A stretch of 64,000 nt of DNA from positions 1-64,000 of the forward strand of contig JBMORE010000144.1 of NCBI GenBank assembly GCA_049322255.1. Reading direction: 5' to 3'. The notes below the pieces were generated by a model, which was not told where the DNA came from, did not search any database, and saw nothing but the letters and a program-made list of their open reading frames with translations. Below, piece by piece: positions 29,674 through 40,965 of this stretch (positions are counted from its first letter, which is position 1; every line of letters starts with the position of its first letter). Made by a program: the position numbers and the translations under genes. The DNA comes from Myxococcota bacterium (GTDB lineage: Bacteria; Myxococcota; Myxococcia; Myxococcales; Myxococcaceae).

Positions 29674-30804
29674 GTGAACGAACCGCGCGTGGTCGGCCCC
29701 GAGCAGCTGAGCATCCTGCTGAGGCAGCTTCGAGACGATGGGTTTCAGCTCATCGGTCCCACGGTGCGCGACGGAGCCATCGTTCACGGTGAGCTGCGCG
29801 GCGCCGAGGACCTTCCCATCGGCTGGACGGAAGAGCAGGAGGCGGGTCGTTACCGCCTGGTTCGACGCGAGGACGACGCCTGGTTCGGCTATTCCGTGGG
29901 GCCACAGTCGTGGAAGCAGCTTCTCTTCGTTCCGCGGCTGAAGCTGTGGAGTGCACGGCGGGAGAACGGTGGCTTTGTCGTGGAGACGCCGTCCGGTGAG
30001 GCTCCCCGGCTGGCGCTGATTGGCGCGCGTTCTTGCGACCTCCACGCCATCGAGGTGCAGGACCGCACCTTCCTCCGCGGCCCTTATGTCGACTCAGACT
30101 ACGCCGCGCGGCGCCAAAGCCTCTTCGTGCTGGCGGTGCACTGCGGCCAGGCGGGGGGGACTTGCTTCTGCGTCTCGATGAAGACCGGGCCGCGGGCTAC
30201 CTTCGGGTTCGACATCGCGCTCACCGAGCTGTTGAACCCTCACCGCTTCCTCGCCGAAGCGGGCAGCGACCGGGGGCGCGAGATGCTCGCGCGGCTGGGA
30301 GCGCAGCGAGCCGATGAGCAAGAACGCGCCGAGGCCGATGCGGTGGTGGCCCGCACCGCTGCGTCGATGGGCCGTCAGATGAACACGACGGACATCAAAG
30401 AGCTCCTCTACCGCAACCCCGAGCACCCCCGGTGGGACGACGTCGCCCAGCGCTGCCTGGGCTGCACCAACTGCACCCTGGTGTGTCCCACGTGCTTCTG
30501 CGCGAGCGTGGAGGACGTGAGCGATTTGCAGCAGGAGAACGCGGAGCGCTGGCGCCGGTGGGACTCCTGCTTCACCCTCGACCATTCCTATCTGCACGGT
30601 GGCCCGGTGCGCGCAAGCATCAAGTCGCGCTATCGCCAGTGGCTCACCCACAAGCTGGCGAGCTGGATTGATCAGTTCGGCACCTCGGGGTGCGTCGGTT
30701 GCGGCCGCTGCCTCACCTGGTGCCCGGTGGCCATCGACATCACCGAAGAAGTGGCGGCGATTCGGGCCACCGATGGCGCGGTGAGCGAAGGGAGTGTTTC
30801 ATGA
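29674..30804 (+). CDS. hydB: Group 3b [NiFe] hydrogenase (sulfhydrogenase) beta subunit, 4Fe-4S
   Basis: [59 protein letters not shown]. Confidence 0.92.
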   Translation: MNEPRVVGPEQLSILLRQLRDDGFQLIGPTVRDGAIVHGELRGAEDLPIGWTEEQEAGRYRLVRREDDAWFGYSVGPQSWKQLLFVPRLKLWSARRENGGFVVETPSGEAPRLALIGARSCDLHAIEVQDRTFLRGPYVDSDYAARRQSLFVLAVHCGQAGGTCFCVSMKTGPRATFGFDIALTELLNPHRFLAEAGSDRGREMLARLGAQRADEQERAEADAVVARTAASMGRQMNTTDIKELLYRNPEHPRWDDVAQRCLGCTNCTLVCPTCFCASVEDVSDLQQENAERWRRWDSCFTLDHSYLHGGPVRASIKSRYRQWLTHKLASWIDQFGTSGCVGCGRCLTWCPVAIDITEEVAAIRATDGAVSEGSVS

Positions 30805-31262
30805 CCGCCCCGCTGAACGAGCTCACCTCCCATCCATTCGTGAAGGAGCTCACCGAGGAGCAGCTGCGCCGGCTTTTCCCTTGCGCGCGGGTGATTCGTT
30901 TCGCGCCGGGCGCCTACGTCTTTCGCGAGAACGCCAGCGCCGACACCTTGTATCTGCTTCGCAGCGGGCGGGTCACCCTCGAGCAGCAGATTCCCGGCCA
31001 GGGCACGGTGCAGCTGGAAAACCTGCGCACCGGTGACGTGCTCGGGCTCTCGTGGATTTTTCCCGGTGGACGTTGGGTAGCCGACGCGCGCGCGGTGGAG
31101 ACCACCGAGGCGGTGGCGGTGGACGCCAGCTGCTTGCACGCGACGATGAACGCCGACCCGGGGTTGGGGTTGGCCCTCGCCAAACAACTCATCTACCAGC
31201 TCTACCATCGCCTGGAGCGCGCACGGCTGCAGCGGCTCGATGTGTATCGGGAGGGTGCGTGA
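30801..31262 (+). CDS. Cyclic-nucleotide-binding (Crp-type sensor domain only) protein
   Basis: [31 protein letters not shown]. 153 aa with no HTH. Confidence 0.88.
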   Translation: MTAPLNELTSHPFVKELTEEQLRRLFPCARVIRFAPGAYVFRENASADTLYLLRSGRVTLEQQIPGQGTVQLENLRTGDVLGLSWIFPGGRWVADARAVETTEAVAVDASCLHATMNADPGLGLALAKQLIYQLYHRLERARLQRLDVYREGA

Positions 31263-32149
31263 CAGCGCCTGACCCCATGCTGCCCACGCCGGTGAAAGTC
31301 GTTGGCGTTCGGCGCGAGGCCCCCGGGGTGGTGACGCTCACTCTCCAGCCAGGGAAAGAACGACGAGCGAGCGCGGTGCGGTCCCCTCTCCCTCTGGGAG
31401 ATGAAAAAGGTGAGGGGCGTCCTCTTCGCGCATTTGCTCCTGGTCAGTTCAACATGACCTACGTCTTCGGAGTGGGCGAGGTGCCCCTCTCCTGCACCGG
31501 AGACCCGGGACGCTCCGAGGTGGTGGAACACACGGTGAAGGCGGTGGGCGCGGTATCGAGCGCGCTGTGCCAGCTGAAAAAGGGCGCTTGGCTGGGACTG
31601 CGCGGGCCCTTTGGCCGGCCTTGGCCGATGGCACAGACGCGGGGAGAGGACTTGGTGCTCATCGCCGGCGGCATCGGTCTGGCACCGTTGATGCCGGTGG
31701 TGCATCAGGTGCTCGCCCAGCGCAGCGACTACGGGCGGGTGCAGCTCTTGGTCGGCGCGCGCAGCCCGAAGGGGCTGCTCTACCCGCTGCAACTGGAGCG
31801 ATGGGCGCGCGAGGGCAAAATCGACGTGCGAGTCACGGTGGACCACGCGGGGACGGAGTGGACGGGAAGGGTGGGAGTGGTGCCGGCGCTCATCGACGAG
31901 CTCAACCTGGAAACGTCACGAACGGCGGTCTTCGTCTGCGGCCCGGAAATCATGATGCGCTTCTGTGTGCGCGCCCTGCTTCGCCAAGGCGTCCGTCCGG
32001 CGCGGGTGTTTCTCTCCCTGGAGAGGAACATGAAGTGCGCGGTGGGCTTTTGCGGCCACTGCCAATACGGGCCGAGCTTCGTGTGCAAGGACGGGCCGGT
32101 GCTCTCTTACGAACGCATCGAACCGCTCTTTTGGCGACGGGAGGTGTGA
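31259..32149 (+). CDS. hydG: Group 3b hydrogenase gamma subunit (FAD/NAD(P)-binding, 2Fe-2S)
   Basis: [57 protein letters not shown]. Confidence 0.92.
   Translation: MTAPDPMLPTPVKVVGVRREAPGVVTLTLQPGKERRASAVRSPLPLGDEKGEGRPLRAFAPGQFNMTYVFGVGEVPLSCTGDPGRSEVVEHTVKAVGAVSSALCQLKKGAWLGLRGPFGRPWPMAQTRGEDLVLIAGGIGLAPLMPVVHQVLAQRSDYGRVQLLVGARSPKGLLYPLQLERWAREGKIDVRVTVDHAGTEWTGRVGVVPALIDELNLETSRTAVFVCGPEIMMRFCVRALLRQGVRPARVFLSLERNMKCAVGFCGHCQYGPSFVCKDGPVLSYERIEPLFWRREV
31384..31416 (+). repeat. 33-bp element, degenerate copy 2 (in the gamma subunit)
   Basis: CCCTCTCCC-TCT-GGGAGATGA-AAA-AGGTGAGGG, translated as [11 protein letters not shown]. Confidence 0.8.
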
Positions 32150-32926
32150 GTGGCGCGCCGACGCAAACCGAAGCTGGCGGTGTTCAAGTTCGCGTCCTGC
32201 GACGGTTGCCAGCTGAGCCTGCTCGACCTGGAAGACCACCTGCTCGAGCTGGCCGGAGCGGTGGACATCGCCTATTTCAAGGAGGCGACCAGCCGCGAGT
32301 CGCGTGGTCCGTTCGACCTCACGCTGATTGACGGCTCCATCTCCACCCCGGAGGACAAAGAGCGCATCTACGAGGTGCGCCGTCGCTCGCGCCGCCTGGT
32401 GGTGCTGGGGGCTTGCGCCACCTCGGGCGGCATTCAGGCGCTACGCAACTTCGCCGACATGGAGGAATACCGCGCGGCGGTCTACGCCAAGCCGGAGTAC
32501 ATCGCGACGCTTACCACCTCCACCGGGGTGGCCGACCACGTGCCGGTGGACTTCGAGCTGCGCGGCTGCCCGCCGAACAAGCACCAGCTGCTGGAAGTGG
32601 TGAGCGCCTTCCTCGCCGGACGCAAGCCCTCCATCGCCTCCCATTCGGTGTGCGTGGAGTGCAAGCTCGAGGGCAACGTCTGCGTGATGGTCACCGGCAC
32701 GCCCTGCCTGGGCCCGGTGACCCACGCCGGGTGTGGAGCGCTCTGTCCCAGCTACCTGCGCGGGTGTTACGGCTGCTACGGGCCGATGGAGGCGCCCAAC
32801 ACCGCTTCCCTCGCGCGTGCCTTCGCCGCCGTCGGCTATTCCCAAACCGAGCTTTTGCGGGTGTTTCGCACCTTCAACCCCAACGCTCCTGCGTTTCGCG
32901 CCGAGAGCCAGAAGCATGAACGGTAA
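32150..32926 (+). CDS. hydD: Group 3b hydrogenase delta (small) subunit
   Basis: [52 protein letters not shown]. Confidence 0.93.
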   Translation: MARRRKPKLAVFKFASCDGCQLSLLDLEDHLLELAGAVDIAYFKEATSRESRGPFDLTLIDGSISTPEDKERIYEVRRRSRRLVVLGACATSGGIQALRNFADMEEYRAAVYAKPEYIATLTTSTGVADHVPVDFELRGCPPNKHQLLEVVSAFLAGRKPSIASHSVCVECKLEGNVCVMVTGTPCLGPVTHAGCGALCPSYLRGCYGCYGPMEAPNTASLARAFAAVGYSQTELLRVFRTFNPNAPAFRAESQKHER

Positions 32927-34211
32927 GAGCCGCACCCTCCGGGTGAATTACCTCGCCCGCGTGGAAGGCGAGGGACGGCTCGTCGTGCGGCTGAAGGGAA
33001 ACCGCGCCACCGAGGTGCAGCTCTCCATCTTCGAGCCGCCGCGCTTCTTCGAGGCCTTCTTGCGCGGGCGCTCGTACCGCGAGGCCCCGGACATGACCTC
33101 GCGCATCTGCGGCATTTGTCCGGTGGCGTATCTGATGAGCGCCTGTCACGCGATGGAAGACGCGGTGGGGATTCGGGTGGAGGGCCCCTTACGTGCGCTT
33201 CGCCGGCTGATCTACTCAGGCGAGTGGATCGAGAGCCACGCCTTGCACGTCTTCCTTCTCCATGCGCCCGACTTCCTCGGCTACCCCGACGCGATGGCGA
33301 TGGCCAAAGAGCACGGGGAATGGGTGAAGAAGGGCCTGCGAATGAAAAAGGCGGGCAACGCGGTGATGGAGCGGCTGGGTGGAAGAGAGATTCACCCCAT
33401 CAACATCCAGGTGGGCGGCTTCTACCGGGTGCCGGGGCGCGGGGAGCTGGACGAGCTTCTCCCCGAGCTTCGGTGGGGGCGCGAGGCGGCGGCGGAGTGC
33501 CTGGAGTGGGCGAGCAGCTTCACCTACCCCGTCCTCGAGCGCGACTACGAGCTGGTCGCCTTGCGCCATCCCCAGGAGTACCCGATGTGCGAGGGCCGGG
33601 TGGTCTCCTCGCGTGGGCTGGACATCGAGGTGCGGGAGTACGAGCAGCACTTCGCGGAGGAGCAGGTGCCGCACTCCCATGCGCTCCACACCCGGAGAGT
33701 AGGCGGCGGCTCGTGCTTGAGCGGGCCACTGGCGCGCTACCACCTCAACTTCGACCGGCTGCACCCGTGGGTCCAACAGCTCGCCCGGCGCATGGGGCTT
33801 TCGCCGCCGGTGAAGAACCCCTTCCGCAGTCTGCAGATAAGGCTGTTGGAGATTGCTCAGGCGTTCCAACAGGCAATCGAGATCATCGAGGCGTACGTCC
33901 CGCCCACGGAGGCATTCGTCCCGGCCACCCCGCGAGCGGCCATCGGCCATGGCGCGACGGAGGCTCCCCGCGGGCTGCTCTACCACCGGTACGCGCTCGA
34001 CGAGACGGGCACCATCGCCGAGGCGCGCATCGTGCCGCCCACCTCGCGTAACCAACTGGCCATCGAAGAAGACTTCTTCGCCATCGCCCCCGAGCTGGCC
34101 GCGCTTCCCCACGCCAAGGCCACTCACCGCGCCGAACAGGTGGTGCGTAACCACGACCCCTGCATCTCCTGCGCGACCCACTTCCTCACCTTGCGAATCG
34201 AGAGAGACTGA
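32916..34211 (+). CDS. hydA: Group 3b [NiFe] hydrogenase alpha (large) subunit
   Basis: [16 protein letters not shown]1 motif [21 protein letters not shown]2 motif DPCISCATH followed by a cleavable tail. Confidence 0.95.
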   Translation: MNGKSRTLRVNYLARVEGEGRLVVRLKGNRATEVQLSIFEPPRFFEAFLRGRSYREAPDMTSRICGICPVAYLMSACHAMEDAVGIRVEGPLRALRRLIYSGEWIESHALHVFLLHAPDFLGYPDAMAMAKEHGEWVKKGLRMKKAGNAVMERLGGREIHPINIQVGGFYRVPGRGELDELLPELRWGREAAAECLEWASSFTYPVLERDYELVALRHPQEYPMCEGRVVSSRGLDIEVREYEQHFAEEQVPHSHALHTRRVGGGSCLSGPLARYHLNFDRLHPWVQQLARRMGLSPPVKNPFRSLQIRLLEIAQAFQQAIEIIEAYVPPTEAFVPATPRAAIGHGATEAPRGLLYHRYALDETGTIAEARIVPPTSRNQLAIEEDFFAIAPELAALPHAKATHRAEQVVRNHDPCISCATHFLTLRIERD

Positions 34212-34212
34212 A

Positions 34213-34677
34213 ATGCGCGCGCGCGTCATCGCTTTGGGACAGAGGGCTGCCGGGGACGACGGGGTGGGCTTGTCGGTGTTGGAGTGGCTGCGCGCGTACG
34301 GTGTGCCCGCGCAGATGGAGCTGCGGCAGGCAGCCGAGGCAAGCGCGCTCTTGGAGCTGTTGCAGACTCCCTCGCCCACGGTGGTGGTGGACGCGGTGCT
34401 GGCCACTCCGGCGGGCCGGGTGCTGGTGCTCACTCCCGATGAGCTCGATGCCCGAGGGCTTCTCGCCGCGTCCAGTCACGGCTTGGGCGTCGGACAGGTG
34501 GTGCAGCTTGCGCGCACCCTGCATGCCGAGGCGGTCTCTCCGCACATCACCATGGTCGCGGTGAGCATCGAACGGCCCGAACGTTACGGGTTGGGGCTCT
34601 CGCCCCAAGTGGCGGCGGCGGTTCCCCAGGCGGGCGCGCGGGTGATGGCTCTGGCAGGAGTGGAATGCGATGCATGA
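34213..34677 (+). CDS. Hydrogenase maturation protease
   Basis: ALGQRAAGDDGVG, VVVDAV, SSHGLG. Directly follows the large subunit. Confidence 0.88.
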   Translation: MRARVIALGQRAAGDDGVGLSVLEWLRAYGVPAQMELRQAAEASALLELLQTPSPTVVVDAVLATPAGRVLVLTPDELDARGLLAASSHGLGVGQVVQLARTLHAEAVSPHITMVAVSIERPERYGLGLSPQVAAAVPQAGARVMALAGVECDA

Positions 34678-35011
34678 ATCGGCGCTGTCGAAACAAATTC
34701 TCGACGCAGTGTTGGAGCGGACACGGGCCGAGGCGCCCTCCCGCATTCGCCGCGTGTTGGGCTGGGTGGCGGAGACGGAAACCCTCTCGGCGCAGAGCTT
34801 GAGCTTCCATTTTTCTGCCCACGCGCGTGGCACCCCTGCCGCCGAGGCGGTGCTCGAGCTTCGGCTCGTCCATGTCGAGGCACGCTGTAGCGGTTGCGCC
34901 CACGTGTACCGCCCGGAGCACCACCTCCTGCTCTGTCCTCGGTGCGGCGCGACCGAAGGGGAGCTGCTCGGCCAAACCGGCTTGGGGGTAGACGCGGTGG
35001 AGGTGGAGTAG
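34670..35011 (+). CDS. hypA: Hydrogenase maturation nickel metallochaperone
   Basis: N-terminal MHE and two CxxC motifs (CSGC, CPRC). Confidence 0.93.
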   Translation: MHESALSKQILDAVLERTRAEAPSRIRRVLGWVAETETLSAQSLSFHFSAHARGTPAAEAVLELRLVHVEARCSGCAHVYRPEHHLLLCPRCGATEGELLGQTGLGVDAVEVE

Positions 35012-37353
35012 TGGAACGACGGCTCGCCATCTCCATCGGGGGCGTGGTGCAAGGGGTGGGGTTTCGCCCCTTCGTCTTCACCGCGGCGGCCGAGCACGGC
35101 CTCTCCGGCTGGGTGCGCAATGGACCGGACGGGGTGCGCCTGGAGGTGCAGGGCCCGGAAGGAGCGGTGCAGACGTTCGTCGATCAGCTTCGCCGGGCGC
35201 CCGCCCCCGCGCGCGTGGAGACGGTGGAGATAGAGGACCGCCCGCTCTCTTCCGGCCGAGGGTTCTTCATCGAAGAGAGCGAGCTCGATGCCGCGCCTCG
35301 TCCCTCATTGCCCGCCGACCAAGCCACCTGCTCGCTCTGCGTGGACGAAATCCTCACTCCCGGCACCCGGCGTTTCCACTACCCCTTCACCAATTGCGCC
35401 CGATGTGGCCCGCGCTACTCGCTGATTGAGGCGCTCCCTTACGACCGCGCTCGTACCACCATGAAGGGCTTCGGCCTCTGCGCGGAATGCGAGGCGGAGT
35501 ATTGCCGCCCGGCCGATCGGCGCTTCCACGCCCAGCCCATCGCCTGTCCCCAATGTGGGCCTGCCCTCTCCCTCTGGGAGAGGGAAAGGGCGAGGGGTGT
35601 CAGCTCGGGGAATTCACGCCCCTCACCCCGACCCTCTCCCAGAGGGAGAGAGAGCGGGGACGCGCTGGCCAAAGCGACGCAGGCGCTGGGCGAGGGAAAG
35701 GTGCTCGCGTTGCAGGGCCTGGGCGGATTTCAGCTCTTGGTAGACGCCACGTCTCCCGATGCCGTGATGCTTTTGCGAAAGCGCAAGCACCGAGAGGAGA
35801 AGCCCTTCGCGGTGATGGTACGCACCTGCGAAGAAGCGCGCGCGCTGTGCGAGCTGAGCGCCGCGGAAGAGGAAGCCCTTCGCTCCCGAGAAGCTCCCAT
35901 CCTTCTCCTCCGGCGACTCCCTCTGGGAGAGGGTGGGGGTGAGGGGCGCGTAGCATGTCCAGAAGTCGCCCCCAACAATCCTCGCCTCGGAGTCATGTTG
36001 CCGTACACGCCGCTCCACCGCTTGCTTTTGGAGGCGGTGAGCCGCCCGCTGGTGTGCACGAGCGGAAATCTTTCCGAGGAGCCGATGTGCATCGACGTCG
36101 GCGAGGCGCTCGCACGCCTCAAAGACGTCGCCGACGTCTTCCTCGTTCACGACCGTCCCATTGCCCGGCCGGTGGACGATTCGGTGGCGCGCGTCGGGCC
36201 CGATGGCTTGGAGCTGCTCCGCCGCGCCCGCGGGTTCGCCCCGCTTCCTTTGCGGCTTTCACGCCCGGCTCCTTGCACCTTGGCGGTGGGGGCGCAGCTC
36301 AAGAGCACGGTGGCGCTCCTGCAGGACGATCAGGTGGTGGTGAGCCAGCACCTGGGGGACCTCTTCAGTCTCGAAGGCCGAGCGCTGCTCGAACGCACGG
36401 CGCGGGACTTGGTGCGCTTCTTTTGCGCGCGCCCGATGGTCATCGCGTGCGATGCGCACCCCGACTACGCCTCGACGCAGCTCGCCGAGCAGTTGGGGCG
36501 GGAGTGGGACGTTCCACTCGTGCGGGTGCAGCATCATCACGCCCACGTCGCTGCGTGCGTGGCGGAGCACGGCCTTTCCGGCTCGGTGCTGGGGCTCGCC
36601 TGGGACGGGGCGGGGCTAGGCGACGATGGGACGCTGTGGGGCGGGGAGGCGCTGGTGGTGAACGAGACGGGCTTTCGCCGAGCCGGTCATCTTCGTCCCT
36701 TTCGTCTCCCCGGTGGTGAGCGGGCGATGCGCGAGCCAAGGCGCGCGCTCCTGGGGCTTTTGCACGAAGTGTTCGGAGCGCAGGCGCCCGCCGTGGGTGG
36801 CCCACACCCACGCGCGCTGTTCACCTTGCTCGAGCGGGGCACCCACGCCCCTCGCACCACCAGCGTGGGGCGGCTCTTCGACGCGGTCGCCGCGTTGCTC
36901 GAGTTGCGCCGTGAGCCGGGGTTCGAAGGACAGGCGGCGATGCTCGTCGAATTCGCGGCCGATTCGGCGACGGACGTCGAGCCGTATTCGTTTCCGCTGA
37001 GCGACGAGGCTCCGTGGATTGCCGACTGGGAGCCGCTCATTCGTGAGCTGCTCTACGACCGGGAGCGCGGCACCTCGGTGGCGGTCATGTCGGCGCGCTT
37101 CCACGAGTCGCTCGCTGCGCTGGCGGAGGCCTTCGCCCTGCGCGCGGGCTTGCCAAACGTGGTGCTCTCGGGTGGCTGCTTTCAGAACCTTCGCCTGGCC
37201 ACTCGGGTGAAGGAGCGCCTGCGGGCCCGAGGTTTCCGAGCGTTCACGCCGCGGCTCTTTCCTCCGAACGATGGAGGAATCTCCCTCGGGCAAGCAGTCG
37301 TGGCGTCGAGACTCCCTCTCCCCCTGGGAGAGGGGAGGGGTGAGGGGCAATAG
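35011..37353 (+). CDS. hypF: Carbamoyltransferase HypF, carrying four repeat-element copies
   Basis: [12 protein letters not shown], CxxC zinc fingers ([24 protein letters not shown]), [26 protein letters not shown]. Confidence 0.96.
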   Translation: MERRLAISIGGVVQGVGFRPFVFTAAAEHGLSGWVRNGPDGVRLEVQGPEGAVQTFVDQLRRAPAPARVETVEIEDRPLSSGRGFFIEESELDAAPRPSLPADQATCSLCVDEILTPGTRRFHYPFTNCARCGPRYSLIEALPYDRARTTMKGFGLCAECEAEYCRPADRRFHAQPIACPQCGPALSLWERERARGVSSGNSRPSPRPSPRGRESGDALAKATQALGEGKVLALQGLGGFQLLVDATSPDAVMLLRKRKHREEKPFAVMVRTCEEARALCELSAAEEEALRSREAPILLLRRLPLGEGGGEGRVACPEVAPNNPRLGVMLPYTPLHRLLLEAVSRPLVCTSGNLSEEPMCIDVGEALARLKDVADVFLVHDRPIARPVDDSVARVGPDGLELLRRARGFAPLPLRLSRPAPCTLAVGAQLKSTVALLQDDQVVVSQHLGDLFSLEGRALLERTARDLVRFFCARPMVIACDAHPDYASTQLAEQLGREWDVPLVRVQHHHAHVAACVAEHGLSGSVLGLAWDGAGLGDDGTLWGGEALVVNETGFRRAGHLRPFRLPGGERAMREPRRALLGLLHEVFGAQAPAVGGPHPRALFTLLERGTHAPRTTSVGRLFDAVAALLELRREPGFEGQAAMLVEFAADSATDVEPYSFPLSDEAPWIADWEPLIRELLYDRERGTSVAVMSARFHESLAALAEAFALRAGLPNVVLSGGCFQNLRLATRVKERLRARGFRAFTPRLFPPNDGGISLGQAVVASRLPLPLGEGRGEGQ
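35564..35652. repeat. Inverted doublet of the 33-bp element, copies 3 and 4 (in hypF)
   Basis: 35564-35596 is CCCTCTCCC-TCT-GGGAGAGGG-AAA-GGGCGAGGG on +. 35620-35652 is CCCTCACCC-CGA-CCCTCTCCC-AGA-GGGAGAGAG, a reverse copy. Spacer is 23 nt. Confidence 0.9.
35917..35945 (+). repeat. 33-bp element, 5'-eroded copy 5 (in hypF)
   Basis: CTCCC-TCT-GGGAGAGGG-TGG-GGGTGAGGG, translated as [10 protein letters not shown]. Confidence 0.88.
37314..37346 (+). repeat. 33-bp element, copy 6 (encodes the HypF C-terminus)
   Basis: CCCTCTCCC-CCT-GGGAGAGGG-GAG-GGGTGAGGG, translated as [11 protein letters not shown], followed by Q and the stop. Confidence 0.9.
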
Positions 37354-37371
37354 CTCTTGCGAGGTGCCTGC

Positions 37372-37604
37372 ATGTGCCTAGGAGCTCCTGGAGAAGTGTT
37401 GACCATCGAAGAGGGACCGCTGCGCACGGGGAAGGTGCGCTTCGGCGGCGCGGTGAAGTCGGTGTGCCTGGCGTACACGCCGGAGGCCGCGGTGGGAGAC
37501 TTCGTGGTGGTGCATGCCGGCTTTGCCATCAGCCGCATGGACCGCTCAGCGGCGGCCCGCGTCTTCTCATACCTCGAGCAGATCGACGCCGTGGAGGACG
37601 ACTG

Positions 37605-37605
<1 letters not shown>
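37372..37605 (+). CDS. hypC: Hydrogenase assembly chaperone HypC/HupF
   Basis: N-terminal MCLGAPG and [13 protein letters not shown]. Confidence 0.95.
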
Positions 37606-38694
<1,089 letters not shown>

Positions 38695-38708
<14 letters not shown>

Positions 38709-39747
38709 CTTTGCCTGGAGCTGTCCGCGTCCTTTGTCCCGACACCAGACGGTTCAGCTCGCGCACGGAGGGGGCGGGCGTCTGTCGCGGGAGTTGCTGG
38801 AGCACCTGGTGCTACCGGCGTTCGGCCCCCCAGGCGGCGGCGAGCGGCACGACAGCGCGACCTTGGAGGTCGGCGAAGGCCGCCTGGCCTTCACCACCGA
38901 CAGCTACGTGGTTCACCCGCGGTTCTTTCCCGGGGGCGACATCGGGAAGTTGGCGGTCTTCGGTACGGTGAACGATCTGGCGATGGCCGGCGCGCGCGCG
39001 CGGTGGCTGAGCGTGGGGTTCATTCTCGAGGAAGGGCTGGCGCTGAAAGAGCTGGCCCAGGTGGCCGCTTCGATGCGCACGGCGGCCGAGACGTGCGGTG
39101 TGGCGCTGGTCACCGGTGACACCAAGGTGGTCGACCGCGGCAAGGGCGACGGGTTGTTCATCAACACCTCCGGCGTCGGCGTGGTTGCTCCCGGACGCAA
39201 GCTTGCTCCTAAGAAGGTGCAGCCGGGTGATGCAGTGCTCGTCTCCGGCGACATGGGACGGCACGGCATCGCCGTCCTCACCGCGCGCGAGGGGTTGGAG
39301 TTCGAGAACCCGGTGGAGAGCGATTGTGCTCCGCTCGGCTCGTTGGTGGAGGCGCTGCTCGTCGCGGGGGTGGAGGTGCACTGTCTGCGAGACCCCACCC
39401 GCGGCGGCCTGGCTTCGGTGCTCAACGAGATTGCGCTGGACGCCGGCGTGGCGATGGAGGTCGACGAGTCGGCCATCCCGGTGCACGAAGGAGTGGCCGG
39501 CGCCTGCGAGGTCCTCGGGTTGGATCCGCTCTACGTCGCCTGCGAAGGACGCGTGGTGGCCTTCGTTCCGGAAGGAGAAGCGCAGCGCGCTTTGGAGGCG
39601 CTCCGGGCTCATCCGCAGGGGCGCGGCGCGGCTAAAATTGGCCGCGTTACCCACGCGCCCCAAGGGCTGGTGGCGCTGCGCACCCGGCTCGGGGGAACCC
39701 GCGCGCTGGATTTTCTCTCCGGCGAGCAGCTCCCCCGCATCTGCTAG
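38695..39747 (+). CDS. hypE: Hydrogenase expression/formation protein HypE
   Basis: [36 protein letters not shown] and C-terminal LPRIC. Start is approximate (GTG 38695). Confidence 0.96.
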
Positions 39748-40265
39748 CGGATCGCCTTCTTGTCCAGGCTGTGCGCCCCGCCGCCGTGAGCGATGAGCAG
39801 CATCATCGCGGCGATGAAGGCGAGGGTGAGCAGAGCGAAGGAGCGGTTGAGCTCCACCCGCAGGTCCGAGTGCAAAATCAACGTGAGCAGCGCGAGGTAG
39901 GCGGCCAGCCCGACACCGACCCGGCGCACCTGGTAACCGATGGCGAGCAAGAGCCCTCCGAAAAACTCGATGGCGATGGCGCCGGCCAGGAGCGCTCCAG
40001 GGGCGGAGAGCCCGAACGCATCGAGCGCGGCGCGGGTGGCGTTGAAGGTCATCACCTTTCCAATCGCGCCAGCCATGAGCACGGTGCCCAGGAGCGCCCG
40101 GCCTGCGGCGTAGAGCCACGAGCGGACGCGCTTGGCGCGCTCCTCCTTGGCCCGCCAGCTGTCTTCCATTTCGGCGACGAACCTCGCAGCGCTCTGTGGA
40201 TCATGATGGTGGGCATGATGCAGGGGGTGATGAATGACGTTCGCTCCGGTGGTCGATGAGCTCAT
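39744..40265 (-). CDS. DoxX family membrane protein with a His-rich N-terminus
   Basis: GRALLGTVLMAGAIGK, IEFFGGLLLAIG, HGGGAHSLD. SD GGAGG precedes ATG 40265. Confidence 0.85.
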   Translation of the reverse strand: MSSSTTGANVIHHPLHHAHHHDPQSAARFVAEMEDSWRAKEERAKRVRSWLYAAGRALLGTVLMAGAIGKVMTFNATRAALDAFGLSAPGALLAGAIAIEFFGGLLLAIGYQVRRVGVGLAAYLALLTLILHSDLRVELNRSFALLTLAFIAAMMLLIAHGGGAHSLDKKAIR

Positions 40266-40296
40266 GGTGTTCCTCCGCGGGTTTTTCTCTCCACGA

Positions 40297-40312
40297 AGCA
40301 AGCGCGATGCCG
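40297..40312 (-). promoter_or_regulatory. Putative sigma54 promoter of the doxX-family gene
   Basis: Minus strand CGGCATCGCGCTTGCT (GG-N10-GC with TTGCT), about 30 nt upstream of the ATG. Confidence 0.6.
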
Positions 40313-40504
40313 AGCTTGGCTTCAGGGGGGAAAGCGGGTCGCCGCGCAACCCTTTCGCGCATTCGGCTACGGGCGCAATCCTGACGGAATGTGACCGGAG
40401 CCCGATGCCAGTGGGGCCCGGAGGATGCTGGCTTCTCCGGCTGGTTGGTCTGTCAGACGCCCATGTATGATGGCAGTCGCCATAGCTCAAAACAGGAGGA
40501 GGAC

Positions 40505-40903
40505 ATGGCAACGGCGGAAGGTGGAGACCTGATGGTTCAGGTCCTGGACGAAGTGAAGAAGGTGGGTGCCGAGTTGAAGGACTTCCGGCAGGAGGTCGAC
40601 CGACGGTTCGAACAAGTCCAGCAACGATTCGAGCAAGTCGACCAGAGGTTCGAACAAGTCCAGCAACGGTTCGAGCAAGTCCAGCAACGGTTCGAGCAAG
40701 TCCAGCAACGGTTCGAGCAAGTCCAGCAACGGTTCGAGCAAGTCGATCGTGGTCTCGAGGAAGTACACCGGCGAATCGACAACACCAACGATACGCTCAC
40801 CCTCATCGGAGGTGTGCTGCATCGTGCGGTGGCCACCGTGAAAGAGCGCATCGAGGATCACGAGCGTCGGATCCGCGACGTGGAGGACGAGCGGCCTGAC
40901 TGA
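40505..40903 (+). CDS. Heptad-repeat coiled-coil hypothetical protein
   Basis: Strong SD AGGAGGAGG before ATG 40505; (RFEQVQQ)x7. Confidence 0.8.
   Translation: MATAEGGDLMVQVLDEVKKVGAELKDFRQEVDRRFEQVQQRFEQVDQRFEQVQQRFEQVQQRFEQVQQRFEQVQQRFEQVDRGLEEVHRRIDNTNDTLTLIGGVLHRAVATVKERIEDHERRIRDVEDERPD
40601..40747 (+). repeat. 21-bp coding tandem repeat, 7 units
   Basis: Consensus CAACGGTTCGAGCAAGTCCAG. Units 4-6 are identical. Confidence 0.95.
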
Positions 40904-40965
40904 GCTGCTGCCTTCATCGAGTCGTAGCCACGCGCGTCATGCACGTTCGCTGACCTCGCCAACCC

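Noticed and set aside
32916..34211. [NiFeSe] hydrogenase or selenocysteine recoding
   Set aside because: Both CxxC motifs use Cys codons and there is no in-frame TGA.
40601..40747. 21-bp repeat as a CRISPR array or iterons
   Set aside because: No spacers, lies in frame within a CDS with a strong SD, and no rep or cas gene is nearby.
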